DNA of 25,094 bases from an uncultured Cypionkella sp. (GTDB lineage: Bacteria; Pseudomonadota; Alphaproteobacteria; Rhodobacterales; Rhodobacteraceae): positions 1 to 25,094 of the forward strand of contig CBDUEF010000001.1 of assembly GCA_965366095.1 (NCBI GenBank), in the 5' to 3' direction. The notes beneath the pieces were generated by a model. That model ran no database searches and was not told where the DNA came from. It saw only the letters and a list, made by a program, of their open reading frames with translations. Position 1 is the first letter of the stretch. Each line of letters begins with the position of its first letter. Positions 24,237 through 25,094 of this stretch are shown here, piece by piece. The position numbers and the translations under genes are program-made.

Positions 24237-25094
24237 ATGGCCCAGTTTTTCGCAAAACATCTGATCATCGGCGGCGGGATCATCGGCTGCTCGACAGCCT
24301 ATCATCTGGCCAAGAATGGCGAAAAAGATGTGGTCTTGCTGGAGCGCGCGGCGCTGACCGAGGGCGCGACATGGCACGCGGCGGGGTTGGTGGGGCAGTT
24401 GCGATCTTCGCGCAATACCACGCGGATGTTGAAACGCTCGGTGGCGATGTATGATCAGTTGGAAGCCGAAACCGGGATGTCGGTGGATTGGAAAAAGGTG
24501 GGTAGTCTGCGGCTGGCTGCCACGCATGAGCGCCTGCTTGAGGCGAAAAAGCTGACAACGATGGCGCGCAGTTTCGATCTGGAAATGCAGATGATCTCGC
24601 CTGCCGAGGCGAAAGAGCTCTTCCCCTATATCGACGAGCGTGGCCTGCATGGCGCGGCGTTCATCCCGTCGGATGGCCATGTTGATCCGGCCAGCCTGTG
24701 TCAGGCAATCGCGGCAGGCGCGCGCAAATATGGCGCGCAAATCCGGCAAGGCGTGGCGGTCACGGATTTCACCGTGGTTGATGGCCGGATTACGCAAGTT
24801 CACACCTCCGAGGGCATTTGGCAGGCAGAAAACGTGGTGCTGGCGGCGGGAATGTGGAGCCGCGAGTTGGGGGCAAAGCTGGGTCTCAAGGTGCCCGCCT
24901 GCGCGGTAGAGCATCAGTATATCGTCAGCGAACCCTTACCGGATGTGGAACTGGTAAAGCGCCTGCCCACCCTGCGCGACCCGGAACGTCTGGTCTATTA
25001 CAAGCCCGATGCGGGCGGGCGTTTGGTGATGGGTGGCTATGAGGAAAAGACCCTGCCCTTTGGCGATATGGGGATACCGGGGGCCTTTGTGCGC
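24237..25094 (+). CDS. GcvT-family FAD-dependent dehydrogenase (sarcosine/dimethylglycine dehydrogenase-like), 3'-truncated
   Basis: Not in the ORF track; translated by hand over 286 open codons to the window end: MAQFFAKHLIIGGGIIGCSTAYHLAKNGEKDVVLLER...GATWHAAGLVGQLR...GSLRLA...PSDGHVDP...AAGMWSR...VEHQYIV...LPTLRDP...GGYE. GGAG SD at 24225-24228. Confidence 0.92.
   Translation, partial: MAQFFAKHLIIGGGIIGCSTAYHLAKNGEKDVVLLERAALTEGATWHAAGLVGQLRSSRNTTRMLKRSVAMYDQLEAETGMSVDWKKVGSLRLAATHERLLEAKKLTTMARSFDLEMQMISPAEAKELFPYIDERGLHGAAFIPSDGHVDPASLCQAIAAGARKYGAQIRQGVAVTDFTVVDGRITQVHTSEGIWQAENVVLAAGMWSRELGAKLGLKVPACAVEHQYIVSEPLPDVELVKRLPTLRDPERLVYYKPDAGGRLVMGGYEEKTLPFGDMGIPGAFVR

Noticed and set aside
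1-25094. CRISPR array, tRNA/rRNA, IS element or defence system
   Set aside because: No spaced repeat series, cloverleaf or rRNA signatures, terminal inverted repeats, or nuclease/recombinase motifs were seen. The Hint protein carries no endonuclease or toxin domain.

Overview
GC-rich alphaproteobacterial chromosome segment. Gene families and the dapA-slt-DMT-mnmD block suggest Rhodobacteraceae/Paracoccaceae (inference). Left to right: a 5'-truncated minimal K-channel-like gene, a stand-alone degenerate Hint-domain gene and a DMT transporter. Next is an ~8.3 kb creatinine/creatine utilisation block: GcvA-like LysR divergent from creatinase, creatininase divergent from an LrhA-like LysR, then a PotABCD-like ABC importer with a Tat-exported binding protein. 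Then dapA, a soluble lytic transglycosylase, a second DMT, mnmD head-to-head with an FAD oxidoreductase, and an LLM monooxygenase. Then a dppA-[M24 peptidase]-dppBCDF operon and the 5' part of a GcvT-family sarcosine/dimethylglycine dehydrogenase-like gene that the ORF track misses. I saw no RNA genes, mobile elements or CRISPR arrays. The best candidate for an undescribed system is the PotABCD-like transporter, which by context probably imports creatinine/creatine rather than polyamines. All family calls come from motif recognition and recalled reference sequences; no searches were run.
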